From Flavipsychrobacter sp. (lineage in GTDB: Bacteria > Bacteroidota > Bacteroidia > Chitinophagales > Chitinophagaceae), in NCBI GenBank assembly GCA_035497455.1, contig DATJDL010000014.1, positions 42,700 to 106,699 on the forward strand: a stretch of 64,000 nt of DNA. The letters run 5' to 3'. Shown one piece after another: positions 49,542 through 59,155 of this stretch (position 1 is its first letter; each line of letters begins with the position of its first letter). Position numbers and translations under genes: made by a program. The notes beneath the pieces were generated by a model. That model made no database searches and had not been told where the DNA came from. It saw only the letters and a program-made list of their open reading frames with translations.

Positions 49542-50399
49542 ATGATTATCTTCAAAAAGACAGACGACTTAAAGGCTTTTTTGAACGAAAAGAAAAGCAC
49601 CAATGACCGTATTGGTTTTGTTCCTACTATGGGAGCTCTGCATAACGGTCATCTCGCTCTTATCACATTGGCAAAACAACAGACAGGCATTTGTGTTTGC
49701 AGCATTTTCGTAAATCCTACGCAATTCAACGATAAATCCGATTTCGAAAAGTACCCGGTTACGATCAGCAGCGATATAGAAATGCTGGAGGCGGCAGGCT
49801 GTGATGTTTTATTTTTTCCACCGGTAGAAGAGATCTATCCTAAGGGTACGGATGCCGCTCCGACTTATGATTTCGATTATCTGGAAACCATACTGGAAGG
49901 TGCGCATCGTCCCGGGCATTTTAAAGGCGTGGGGCAGGTGGTAGGACGGTTACTGGATATTGTGAACCCCGATTCTTTATTTCTCGGTCAAAAGGATTAC
50001 CAGCAATGCATGGTGCTCAGCAGGCTCCTCGATCTTACGAACCGGAAAGATACTGTGGAATTAGTGATAGCACCTACGGTCAGGGAGGCTGACGGGTTGG
50101 CTATGAGTTCACGCAACAGGCGGCTGACAGAGCCGCAAAGAGCATTGGCAGGATTGATTTATCAATGCCTGGTATCTATCCAAACCAAACAGGTTTCGGG
50201 TAATTTCCCGGTGGTGCAGAAAGAATGTATGGAACTGTTAAAAGCAAAAGGTTTTGAACCGGAATATGTCGCTCTTGCAAATGCTGAGACACTGGAACTA
50301 CTGGAAAACTATGATGAGCATGTACCGATGGTAGCACTGATTGCTGCAAAAATCAGCACCATACGTCTGATAGACAATATGGTGCTGCGTAATACTTAA
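49542..50399 (+). CDS. panC: Pantoate--beta-alanine ligase
   Basis: GFVPTMGALHNGHLALI (HIGH-type motif), FVNPTQFN, GQKDYQQ, MSSRN. Confidence 0.95.
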   Translation: MIIFKKTDDLKAFLNEKKSTNDRIGFVPTMGALHNGHLALITLAKQQTGICVCSIFVNPTQFNDKSDFEKYPVTISSDIEMLEAAGCDVLFFPPVEEIYPKGTDAAPTYDFDYLETILEGAHRPGHFKGVGQVVGRLLDIVNPDSLFLGQKDYQQCMVLSRLLDLTNRKDTVELVIAPTVREADGLAMSSRNRRLTEPQRALAGLIYQCLVSIQTKQVSGNFPVVQKECMELLKAKGFEPEYVALANAETLELLENYDEHVPMVALIAAKISTIRLIDNMVLRNT

Positions 50400-50428
50400 A
50401 ACTTAAACCCGTCGTGACACCGGTTTCT

Positions 50429-51850
50429 TTATTTTAATGTAGGCTGACCTCCGGAAACAGAGATGTTCACTACATTGGATATAAAGCTGGCTACTTGATT
50501 CCCCCCGTTTTTTGCGGGAGTAAATGTCAGGTCGCTTATTACTGCTTCCACTGCATCTTCAATACCTATCACATTTGATCCGCTGTTTTCTACCACCAAC
50601 CCGTCTTTTTGAATGAAGCGGATACCTATAGGATCGTAGTAGGTTACTTTCCCGTTTTTATCTACTACCATTTTAAGATCGATACTGTACTGACCGTCCT
50701 GGAGACGTTTGAGGTCAGCTTTAAGCTGCTTAAACAGGAAGGTTCCGACATTCCCGTCATCTGTATTTAATCTTGGTTTTACGGCTACTTCGTTCTCCGG
50801 GTATATTTTCTGCCCGTTCATTAAGATAGGTGAAGGAGTACGGTTGTGTACCATCATGCTTTCTTTCCCCGTTGTAGGATCCATCACAACGATTGTATCG
50901 GTATTATTTTTTGAAAATTCGAATTGATTACCCCCAAATGTCAGCTTGTTATCCTTGATGTTACGATTTTTACCTATGGTCTGAGATTGTATTCTTTCCG
51001 TACAACATACTAAAAACACCAGCAGCATGGGGATCATCAATGCGTATTTTATCAGCCTTACGCGCGGCGAGTTTTGTTTGGTAAGCATAGCTATCCTTTT
51101 TTTTATGGGTGAAAAATTAAACGAATGAGAAACCAGGTTGTGAGAGCGTAACAGGGTTTGTGTCACCAGGAAACTGCCGTACACCGCAGCATTTGTTTTC
51201 CCGGAGTTATCTGCCTCATACTCGTGCACCATCATCAGTCTTCCGTAATAAATATGTATAAGCGGATGGAACCAGAAAATGATCCGGAGTAGAGTGAATA
51301 ATATTTTGTCCAGAATATGATAAAGTGAAACATGCTGCATTTCATGTGCGATGATCATCTTCATTTCCGGTGCACTATAATATTTCCGGCTGGCTACAAA
51401 AATGTTTTTACCCCAGGAAAAAGGTCCGTGATCCTGGTGCGTTTCTATCAGCGTATAATTCCCATAGCGGGTTTTTACTCCAGTTTTGTACAATTTCAGA
51501 AGTCTGGCGATTTCCAATCCCATCATTACTGAAGTCACAAGAACACCGGCAACGTACATAAGCCCTAACAACGTGCTGACTGTGAATACGGGGTTGGGCG
51601 CTGCCGCTTCCATAGCTGTTTCAGCGATTGACCTTTTTAAGGTCTGCACGGTCTCGGCAGGAGCAGGCGGGATGGTATCCCTCATAAAGAAAGCGCTGAA
51701 GGAAACAAGTGGTAGTAACAATCCTAAAAGAAGGGTGCTCAGCAGAAAGAACCTGTTGGCTCTGTGAAACGTTTCCTTTTTCAGAAATACATCAAAGAAT
51801 ATAAGAGACAGCAACCAGATCAGGCTTGCATTAATGAGATAGAATAGCAT
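50429..51850 (-). CDS. M56 family (BlaR1-like) membrane metallopeptidase/sensor with TonB-C-like C-terminal domain
   Basis: N-terminal TM helices; HEMQHVSLYH zinc motif followed by further TM segments. The C-terminal VVDKNGKV...FTPAKNGGNQV resembles a TonB C-terminal fold. Confidence 0.8.
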   Translation of the reverse strand: MLFYLINASLIWLLSLIFFDVFLKKETFHRANRFFLLSTLLLGLLLPLVSFSAFFMRDTIPPAPAETVQTLKRSIAETAMEAAAPNPVFTVSTLLGLMYVAGVLVTSVMMGLEIARLLKLYKTGVKTRYGNYTLIETHQDHGPFSWGKNIFVASRKYYSAPEMKMIIAHEMQHVSLYHILDKILFTLLRIIFWFHPLIHIYYGRLMMVHEYEADNSGKTNAAVYGSFLVTQTLLRSHNLVSHSFNFSPIKKRIAMLTKQNSPRVRLIKYALMIPMLLVFLVCCTERIQSQTIGKNRNIKDNKLTFGGNQFEFSKNNTDTIVVMDPTTGKESMMVHNRTPSPILMNGQKIYPENEVAVKPRLNTDDGNVGTFLFKQLKADLKRLQDGQYSIDLKMVVDKNGKVTYYDPIGIRFIQKDGLVVENSGSNVIGIEDAVEAVISDLTFTPAKNGGNQVASFISNVVNISVSGGQPTLK

Positions 51851-52129
51851 ACACTATATAGCTTTTAAGGTTAAGTAAATCACATCAATCTAACCCCACA
51901 GTTGTATAACGTAAAAATACGTCATAAAGCGCAAAATGCAAATTTTTATCAGAATTTTTTTTAAAAGGAGATGAGGGAAAGTCGTTCGTTCTGATCCGGC
52001 CCGCAACGGACACGCTTTTTTAATCCGCAGTAGTGTGAATTAAAAATGGAATTGCCCTAGAAGCCAACAAAAGATAACCGTTGCAAAAAAAGCAGGTCGG
52101 CCTTCTGGCGTATGATACGCCGGGATACT

Positions 52130-52621
52130 TTAACTCGCTACATTAAACGGGTTATTGCTCTGTGGCTTCATACTGGTAACAATAAGGTTGCTGCTGGCTT
52201 TACCAAGTAGAGTATCATTCATGTCCAGCACCTCACATTCGACGTGCACGATCTTTTTCCCGGCGCGTATCACTTTGGCACGCGACTTCAGGCGTTTTCC
52301 CTGTTGGATGGCGTAAAGAAAATCTACGTTCAGATTGAGGGAAGTATAGTTGTTTTCCATCCCCAGGCTCAGCACTGCCCAGCCGATGGTTTCGTCCATA
52401 ACCAGTGCCATCATGCCGCCATGTATGTTGCTGTACGGGTTGGTCATATCGTGTTTTACTTCCAGGGATATCTCTGCCATCCCTTTTTCTATCTTTTCCA
52501 GGGTAAATTCCATCCAGTTCCCTGCCGGTGAACGGCTCCCTTCCACTTTTTTACCTAGATAGGTAGCCTGGATATATTCTAAAATATTGTCGGTGGGTAA
52601 TCCTTTTAAAAACTCTTTCAT
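52130..52621 (-). CDS. PaaI-family hotdog-fold thioesterase
   Basis: 163 aa; NPYSNIHGGMMALVMDETIGWA matches the PaaI/4HBT class II pattern. Confidence 0.85.
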   Translation of the reverse strand: MKEFLKGLPTDNILEYIQATYLGKKVEGSRSPAGNWMEFTLEKIEKGMAEISLEVKHDMTNPYSNIHGGMMALVMDETIGWAVLSLGMENNYTSLNLNVDFLYAIQQGKRLKSRAKVIRAGKKIVHVECEVLDMNDTLLGKASSNLIVTSMKPQSNNPFNVAS

Positions 52622-52632
52622 GGATGCTAAAT

Positions 52633-52640
52633 CAAAATTA
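52633..52640 (-). promoter_or_regulatory. -7 promoter box for the PaaI thioesterase gene
   Basis: TAATTTTG on the minus strand, 11 nt upstream of ATG 52621. Confidence 0.45.
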
Positions 52641-52664
52641 AAGGGGAAGAAAGCAGGTTAGTTC

Positions 52665-53315
52665 TTATTTCTTTTTTTGCTTTTCCTGCTTCATCAGGGT
52701 AAGCATTTCTATCATCTTTTTTATTCTCCGGGCTCGTGTTTCCGGTTTTTTTGCAGTGGCTATAGCTTCCGCATGCTCTTTTTGGTGGGTGAAGGATAGG
52801 GAGTAGAAAAAGCTTTCCAGGTCCTTATGGTCTTTCATGGCTTCCGTTACATCTTCCGGGAGAGCCACCTCGCGATTTATATAATCTACGCCTTCGGCAG
52901 AACGTTCCTCCATCGGAACGATCCGCTTCATGGTTTTTATCAGGGATCGGTGCCGGAAACGGAGTGTCGACCAATCCTCGTTTAACGCTACACCGGTTAC
53001 CGGTTGCCAGTCGGAAGAGAATACCGACTCCCAGCCTGCATCTCTTACCAGGTCAGAAGGAATGCTTCCCGACTTTTTAGGATAGGCAATCCAGAGTAAT
53101 GTATCGGGTAAAATGTACATGATGAGCTTTCCGAATTCTTTATCCAGCGTTTTTTTGTCTTTAACAAAGAGAAAAACCTGCAATGGTGGCATCTTTATTA
53201 CATCAGGCTTGGTTATAACCTGTGCTGCACTCAACCATTCAAGCTCCGCCTCACCGGCGCCGATCACCAACAACGGCTTTGTCAGATCGATTCGTAGTTT
53301 TTGCAGCAAGTTCAT
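52665..53315 (-). CDS. YdeI/OmpD-associated family protein (DUF1801-like)
   Basis: 216 aa; C-terminal AKKPETRARRIKKMIEML is characteristic of the YdeI family. Confidence 0.7.
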   Translation of the reverse strand: MNLLQKLRIDLTKPLLVIGAGEAELEWLSAAQVITKPDVIKMPPLQVFLFVKDKKTLDKEFGKLIMYILPDTLLWIAYPKKSGSIPSDLVRDAGWESVFSSDWQPVTGVALNEDWSTLRFRHRSLIKTMKRIVPMEERSAEGVDYINREVALPEDVTEAMKDHKDLESFFYSLSFTHQKEHAEAIATAKKPETRARRIKKMIEMLTLMKQEKQKKK

Positions 53316-53334
53316 AGCATCAATCGATCAGCCA

Positions 53335-54063
53335 TTAACTGTATAAACCACCGTTGATAGAGATTACCTGTCCCGTGATATAAGAGGCTTTCGGAGATGC
53401 TAAGAACTGCACCAGGTCGGCCACTTCTTCCGCTTCGCCAAAGCGATTCATGGGGATCATTTTAGCCAGTTCTTTTTCGTTCAGTTCTTCCGTCATGTCT
53501 GTTTTCACAAAACCCGGTGCCACGGCATTTACCGTTACATTGCGTTTGGCTATCTCCTGCGCGAGCGCCTTGGTAGCGCCAATCATTCCTGCCTTGGCGG
53601 CTGAATAGTTCACTTGTCCGGGCGTCCCTTTCAGTCCGCTGAGCGATACCATATTAATGATGCGGCCATACCGGTTCATCAACATTTTATTGAGCACAGA
53701 TTTGGTGACGTTGTACATACCTTGAAGGCTCGTGTTCAGCACATCCGACCATTGGGAATCTGTCATACTCATCATCAGCGTGTCCTGGCGCACACCGGCA
53801 TTGTTTACCAATACTTCTACCAGGTCATCCGGATGGTTATCCTGCCATTCTGTGATAACTCTGTCCACTTCAGCCTTATCAGCCACATCAAATTGCAATA
53901 GTTCAGCGCTTACTCCACATGCTTTTACGGCATGCTCCGTATCTGCTGCTGCTGCCTGGTTGCCCTTATAATTAATCAGTATGTTATAGCCCAGTTCAGC
54001 CAGTTTCACGCATACCAGTTTTCCTATCCCCCTGGAGCCGCCCGTTACTAAAGCGTATTTCAT
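53335..54063 (-). CDS. fabG: 3-oxoacyl-ACP reductase / SDR family oxidoreductase
   Basis: TGGSRGIG cofactor motif, NNAG, catalytic YSAAK, PGFVKTDM, ITGQVISINGG. Confidence 0.85.
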   Translation of the reverse strand: MKYALVTGGSRGIGKLVCVKLAELGYNILINYKGNQAAAADTEHAVKACGVSAELLQFDVADKAEVDRVITEWQDNHPDDLVEVLVNNAGVRQDTLMMSMTDSQWSDVLNTSLQGMYNVTKSVLNKMLMNRYGRIINMVSLSGLKGTPGQVNYSAAKAGMIGATKALAQEIAKRNVTVNAVAPGFVKTDMTEELNEKELAKMIPMNRFGEAEEVADLVQFLASPKASYITGQVISINGGLYS

Positions 54064-54163
54064 AAGTTGTATTGTTATTGTCGTATGATGTTAAAAACGT
54101 ACCGAGCCGGAGGCTGCTGCTGCCGGTGTTCACTTCCGTCAGCCTCTTTTAGTTGATCCTAAA

Positions 54164-56257
54164 TTATTTCACTTCACTTCCCGCATCCACTTTATGGACC
54201 GGGGATACAAATACCAGTTTGCCTTCTGCATTCTCCGCCATCAGGATCATGCCGTTGCTTTCGATACCCCGCATTTTGCGCGGTGCCAGATTAGCTACCA
54301 CTACCACTTGTTTGCCGACTATGTCTTCTGGTGCAAAGTGCATGGCAATGCCCGAAACGACTGTTCTTACCTCGTTTCCCATATCTACCTGCAGCTTCAG
54401 CAGCTTATCGGCTTTCTCTACTTTTTCAGCAGCGAGTATCGTTCCGACACGGAGATCCATTCTGGCAAAATCATCGAATTGTATGGTTTCCTTAGCCACC
54501 GGTTGTGCTGTGGTTGGTGTAGCCGGGTTTTCAGTTTTAGACTTTTCTTCCTGCATCTTTAAACTTTTACTTTTAAGTTTTTCTACCTGGGCGGTTACCT
54601 CGGTATCCTCTATTTTTCTGAATAGTATTTCCGGTGCGCGAAGCGGGTAGTTTACCTTTAGCAAATCTATCTTACCGGCATTTTCCCAGTCAAGCATCTT
54701 CTCCACTACTTTCATCTTATGACACATCTTTCTGGCTGTGGATGGTAAAAAAGGACTGATAAGGATCGCCAGGTTGGCGCATAACTGTAGTGACAAGTGA
54801 ATGCAGTTGTCGATGCGTTTTTGGTTTTCTGGATTCGATTCCAGGGTTTTCACTACATTCCACGGTTCATTTACCTGTAAATATTTATTCCCTTTGGCGG
54901 ACAAAGCCATGATCTCGCTGAGAGCATCACGGAATTTATAGTTTTCAATGGCTTTTTCTACGAGTTGTTTTGCTTCCTCAATATCCTTAATCAGCGCAGC
55001 ATCTGTTTCATTCAAAACCTCTTTGTGAAGTGCAGGAACACGACCCCCGCACAATTTATGCATCATCACGAAAGCGCGATTCTCAAAGTTGCCGAGATTA
55101 CCGGATAGCTCGCTATTGATGCGGGTTTGAAAATCTTTCCACGTAAAATCATTGTCTTTGGTTTCAGGAGCATTGGCGCAGAGTACATAGCGCAAAGCAT
55201 CCTGCATGTCTGGGAAATCCTCAACATATTCATTCACCCAAACGGCCCAGTTGCGAGAGGTAGAGACCTTATCTCCTTCAATGTTCAGGAACTCGTTGGC
55301 GGGTACATTTTCGGGCAATACATAGCTGCCATGTGCCTTCAGCATTGCAGGGAAGATAATGCAATGAAATACAATATTGTCCTTACCGATGAAATGCACC
55401 AGCTTGGTATCTTCCTGCTGCCAGTAGTCGCTCCATTGGTTGGTGAGTTCTTTCGTAGCGCTTATATAACCGATAGGGGCGTCAAACCATACATAGAGCA
55501 CCTTTCCTTCCGCATGAGGCAGTGGCACGGGTACTCCCCAATTGCTGTCACGGGTCATGGCACGTGGTTGTAACCCCGCATCCAGCCAGCTTTTACATTG
55601 ACCATAAACGTTTGCTTTCCACTCGTCTTTTTTTCCTTCGACTATCCATTGCTTTAAAAAATCTTCGTATTGATTCAGCGGGAAATACCAGTGCTGGGTC
55701 TTGCGTTTTACAGGCTTCGATTTGCTCAAGGCACTGTGCGGGTTAATCAGTTGCTCCGGGGATAATGTAGAGCCGCATTTTTCACATTGATCACCATATG
55801 CGTTTTCATTCCCACATACGGGGCAAGTACCCACAATATAGCGGTCAGCCAAAAACACCTGTTTCTCTTCATCATAATATTGCTCTGTTTCTTTTACCTC
55901 AAAAGCACCGTCATCGTACAGTTTTTTGAAAAATGCCTGTGATGTGTCGTGGTGAATTTTATTACTTGTTCGCGAATAGATATCGAACGAAATACCCATT
56001 TGCTCAAAACTGCTTTTGATAAGCGCATGGTATTTATCTACCACTTGCTGCGGCGTGGTACATTCCTTCATTGCACGGATGGTAATGGGCACGCCGTGTT
56101 CGTCACTGCCACATACAAATTTTACATCCCGCTTTTGCGCACGTAAGTAACGAACATAAATATCTGCAGGCAGGTAACAACCTGCCAAATGACCTATATG
56201 TACCGGTCCGTTTGCATAAGGCAAGGCGGCCGTAATCAAATATCTCTTAAAATCCAT
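54164..56257 (-). CDS. metG: Methionine--tRNA ligase with C-terminal tRNA-binding domain
   Basis: [14 protein letters not shown] (HIGH), KVSTSRN (KMSKS variant), zinc knuckle [19 protein letters not shown]-terminal [27 protein letters not shown]. Confidence 0.97.
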   Translation of the reverse strand: MDFKRYLITAALPYANGPVHIGHLAGCYLPADIYVRYLRAQKRDVKFVCGSDEHGVPITIRAMKECTTPQQVVDKYHALIKSSFEQMGISFDIYSRTSNKIHHDTSQAFFKKLYDDGAFEVKETEQYYDEEKQVFLADRYIVGTCPVCGNENAYGDQCEKCGSTLSPEQLINPHSALSKSKPVKRKTQHWYFPLNQYEDFLKQWIVEGKKDEWKANVYGQCKSWLDAGLQPRAMTRDSNWGVPVPLPHAEGKVLYVWFDAPIGYISATKELTNQWSDYWQQEDTKLVHFIGKDNIVFHCIIFPAMLKAHGSYVLPENVPANEFLNIEGDKVSTSRNWAVWVNEYVEDFPDMQDALRYVLCANAPETKDNDFTWKDFQTRINSELSGNLGNFENRAFVMMHKLCGGRVPALHKEVLNETDAALIKDIEEAKQLVEKAIENYKFRDALSEIMALSAKGNKYLQVNEPWNVVKTLESNPENQKRIDNCIHLSLQLCANLAILISPFLPSTARKMCHKMKVVEKMLDWENAGKIDLLKVNYPLRAPEILFRKIEDTEVTAQVEKLKSKSLKMQEEKSKTENPATPTTAQPVAKETIQFDDFARMDLRVGTILAAEKVEKADKLLKLQVDMGNEVRTVVSGIAMHFAPEDIVGKQVVVVANLAPRKMRGIESNGMILMAENAEGKLVFVSPVHKVDAGSEVK

Positions 56258-56381
56258 TCAGCTAATTAAAATATTGGGCTGCAAGATACAGCATATAGAA
56301 TTTTGAATCTGTTTTGAGCGCTATATCGAAATAATTAATGTACCGATATGGAGATATAAATTCATCACTGGTCTACTATCC

Positions 56382-56389
56382 TACCTTTG
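56382..56389 (+). promoter_or_regulatory. -7 promoter box for the LLM oxidoreductase gene
   Basis: TACCTTTG, 15 nt upstream of ATG 56405. Confidence 0.55.
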
Positions 56390-56404
56390 CTTCAATTATT
56401 TTTT

Positions 56405-57397
56405 ATGCAAACATCAATACCCATTTCCGTATTGGACCTCGCGGTAATACGGGAAGGAGATAACGCCGCCGGCGCCATAGCCACAACGGTTCGTATGGCG
56501 CAGCATGCGGAACAGGAGGGTTTTAAACGGTTTTGGCTGGCCGAGCATCATAATATGCCATCTATTGCGAGTATAGCTACAGATTTACTTATCGCCCGCG
56601 TAGCAGACAAAACACAACACATTCGTGTTGGATCCGGTGGTATCATGCTGCCCAATCATTCACCTTTGTCAGTAGCGGAGTCGTTTGGCACACTGGATAC
56701 ATTATACCCATCCCGTATAGATTTAGGGCTGGGGCGGGCACCGGGAACCGATGGCGCTACGGCTATGGCTTTGCGCCGGAACTTTGCCTCCATGCACTAT
56801 GATTTCAAAGCGAATATTGAAGAATTGCAGCATTATATGTCGACAACGAATACCTCACCGGTAAGAGCGTATATTGCCGAAGGGGCAGACGTGCCGTTGT
56901 GGATACTGGGAAGCAGCACCGATAGTGCCTACCTGGCTGCAGAGATGGGATTGCCTTATGCGTTTGCCTCTCATTTTGCACCGGCGCATCTTACGGCTGC
57001 CATTGCGATCTACAAACAGCATTTCCAGCCGTCAGAAGTTTTGCAACAACCTTATATGATCGCCTGCGTAAACGTTATCGGCGGTGAAACGGATGACGAG
57101 GCGCAAGCACTGGCAACGAGTCTTTACCAGCTTTTTAAAGGGATTTTTACCAACAGCCGGCGGCCTTTGCAGCCACCTGTAAAAACGATCAGCGAAGTAT
57201 TGAACCCGGAAGAGCTGGCTGCATTGCAGCAAATGGTTTATTACACGTTCATGGGGAGTAAAGAAACGTTGAGTCGCAGCCTCTCAGGCTTCGTAGCACA
57301 ATCAGGTATTGATGAACTGATGGTGACGAGCTATATCTATGATATCGATAAAAGATTGCGTTCCCTAAGTATCGTAAAGGAAGCGTTGGCTATTTAG
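56405..57397 (+). CDS. LLM-class (luciferase-like) flavin-dependent oxidoreductase
   Basis: [17 protein letters not shown] and [13 protein letters not shown] motifs. Start set at ATG 56405 because the TACCTTTG box at 56382-56389 overlaps the TTG start in the ORF track. Confidence 0.85.
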   Translation: MQTSIPISVLDLAVIREGDNAAGAIATTVRMAQHAEQEGFKRFWLAEHHNMPSIASIATDLLIARVADKTQHIRVGSGGIMLPNHSPLSVAESFGTLDTLYPSRIDLGLGRAPGTDGATAMALRRNFASMHYDFKANIEELQHYMSTTNTSPVRAYIAEGADVPLWILGSSTDSAYLAAEMGLPYAFASHFAPAHLTAAIAIYKQHFQPSEVLQQPYMIACVNVIGGETDDEAQALATSLYQLFKGIFTNSRRPLQPPVKTISEVLNPEELAALQQMVYYTFMGSKETLSRSLSGFVAQSGIDELMVTSYIYDIDKRLRSLSIVKEALAI

Positions 57398-57419
57398 GCT
57401 GTTTACCTGAAATTCAAAT

Positions 57420-57477
57420 GGGCTTCCTGTTCCGGCGCCTGTGGATTTGACATGTGGACAGGCAGCCCGTTTTTTTG
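57420..57477 (+). terminator. Putative terminator after the LLM oxidoreductase gene
   Basis: gggcttcctgt (57420-57430) pairs with acaggcagccc (57458-57468), 10 of 11 bp, with a large loop, followed by GTTTTTTT. Confidence 0.5.
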
Positions 57478-57680
57478 TATTCATATACGGCAGTGCCTCC
57501 TCCGCTCCGGCTGCACCACCACTTTTGAAACCAGGTTACTTGTTTTGGGCAAACGCATCCGGGAGATAGTTAACAAGGATCCATAAACACAATAACCGTT
57601 TCATGGCTGCAAATCTATAATGGAGAAATTGATTCGTGTAGATTTTGCTGTTGCTGAAAATCGGAACAAGTTTTACCCGG

Positions 57681-58946
57681 TTATTTTATAAGCCTTATCG
57701 ATATTCTCCGGTCTGCTTTACGTTCTTCATCCGTGGCATTTTCATCGATGGTGGCAAACTTTTCGCCGTATCCTTCCGCTTCCGGTACCTGCGCTCCCAC
57801 ACCTGCTTCCTGCATTAGTTTTTGCAGCACCTTGGCGCGCGCATCAGACAACTTTTTATTAGTATTATTATTTCCTTTCTTATCAGCGTAGGCCCCGATC
57901 TTAATCTTTACGTCTTTAAATGCCCGGAGTATGGCAACAATATTGTCCAGTTGACGCCTGGACCCGGGAGTCAGTTGTTCTGTACCCGATTCAAAATTAA
58001 GATCATCAAAGTTGAACCATTTTTCTTTCAGCTGATCATTGGTAGCCGTTTTATATTCATCTGTTTGAATGAACCCGACGAGTTGTTCTTCTATGCCGCC
58101 GGGGAACGCTTGCAGTTTAGTACTATCAGGTAACATCACTTTGGAAAAAACAGGTGTTTCGGCAGATGAAGCATTCAGCAGTTTGGTGGAGTCCGGCTTT
58201 TCGGTGGTCTCGATGGTATCGGCCGCGGAAACAGGATTACGGGTAGCAGATGACATCATAAAATACACGATCAGCGCTCCTAAGGTGATAATGCCCAGCA
58301 GGGGAAGTAACCAGCGTCTTTCTTTTTTATTGCCTGTATTGTCAGGGCTAGCTTCTTTGCCTGAGGATATTGCAGGAGCAACCGTTAACGGTGTACCAGG
58401 CTTTAAATTACCCAGAGTGGAAAGCCCCAAAACAGTAGTCAGGTTAAAATCGGAAGGTACTGCACCGGTGATGTTATTTTTTTGCCCTGACAGCCACCCC
58501 CTGAGTGCGGAGATGGACAATCCTTCTTCGCTCACTTTTTGTCCGATGGTGCTAAGTATTACAGATGCTAACGTGTGCATCATGGCAACCGTAGTATTTT
58601 GTACTACTCCTGAATAAATGGTAACCAGGTTTTCAATGGCGTTCCATTGATTGCCTAAAAAATTACGCAGTGCTACAGCTAACGCGTTTGTTTCAATACC
58701 GGAGAGCAAAACTTCCGTGTTATTCAAAACGGGAACATTTTCTATGCCATTTGTTATCAGCTGATGTATGAATCCGGCACCTTCCGTCGTTTCCGCTTTC
58801 ATAAGTAATCCGGAAAGAATAGCCGGGACGCCAGTGTTTATAACTTTTTTAATGCTGTCCTGTGATTCGCTGAAATGGTCTGCGGCATTCTTGATAAAGT
58901 CACGCGGGATCTGTTGTTTTACAAGGTCTATAATGTTGTCTGACAT
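57681..58946 (-). CDS. DUF937-like N-terminal domain / TM / OmpA-like C-terminal domain protein
   Basis: Start at ATG 58946 (MSDNIIDLVKQQIP). Central TM WLLPLLGIITLGALIVYFMM. C-terminal FESGTEQLTPGSRRQLDNIV...YADKKGNNNTNKKLSDARAKVL...NRRISIRL is an OmpA/MotB peptidoglycan-binding pattern. Confidence 0.75.
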   Translation of the reverse strand: MSDNIIDLVKQQIPRDFIKNAADHFSESQDSIKKVINTGVPAILSGLLMKAETTEGAGFIHQLITNGIENVPVLNNTEVLLSGIETNALAVALRNFLGNQWNAIENLVTIYSGVVQNTTVAMMHTLASVILSTIGQKVSEEGLSISALRGWLSGQKNNITGAVPSDFNLTTVLGLSTLGNLKPGTPLTVAPAISSGKEASPDNTGNKKERRWLLPLLGIITLGALIVYFMMSSATRNPVSAADTIETTEKPDSTKLLNASSAETPVFSKVMLPDSTKLQAFPGGIEEQLVGFIQTDEYKTATNDQLKEKWFNFDDLNFESGTEQLTPGSRRQLDNIVAILRAFKDVKIKIGAYADKKGNNNTNKKLSDARAKVLQKLMQEAGVGAQVPEAEGYGEKFATIDENATDEERKADRRISIRLIK

Positions 58947-59155
58947 GGTGGATTTTTTAGTTGTATGTAATTTAGGGAAAATCAATACATCAAACGAGAT
59001 GGTATTCAATAAAACGGGCGCCCCGAAATACCGGGTATATCAAAGCTATAAAGCGGGTTGCAAGTAACGGAAAGGGGCGTCAGAGGGCGATTTACACGTA
59101 CCTATTGCATTTCTGGATGATTTATTCTTAACTTAAAGAAAAAATTTCAACCTGT

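Noticed and set aside
51973-51984. gagggaaagtcg, which resembles the GAGGAAAGUCCGG P4 motif of RNase P RNA, in the empty region upstream of the M56 gene.
   Set aside because: The match is imperfect and the intergenic region (279 nt) is too short for a bacterial RNase P RNA. The other conserved blocks are absent.
57536-57604. A 22-codon minus-strand mini-ORF, MKRLLCLWILVNYLPDAFAQNK-stop, that looks like a signal peptide. It could be a remnant of a decayed secreted-protein gene.
   Set aside because: Only about 140 nt remain downstream before the LLM terminator, and no further protein-like frame follows. It cannot be supported as a gene or a pseudogene from this sequence alone.
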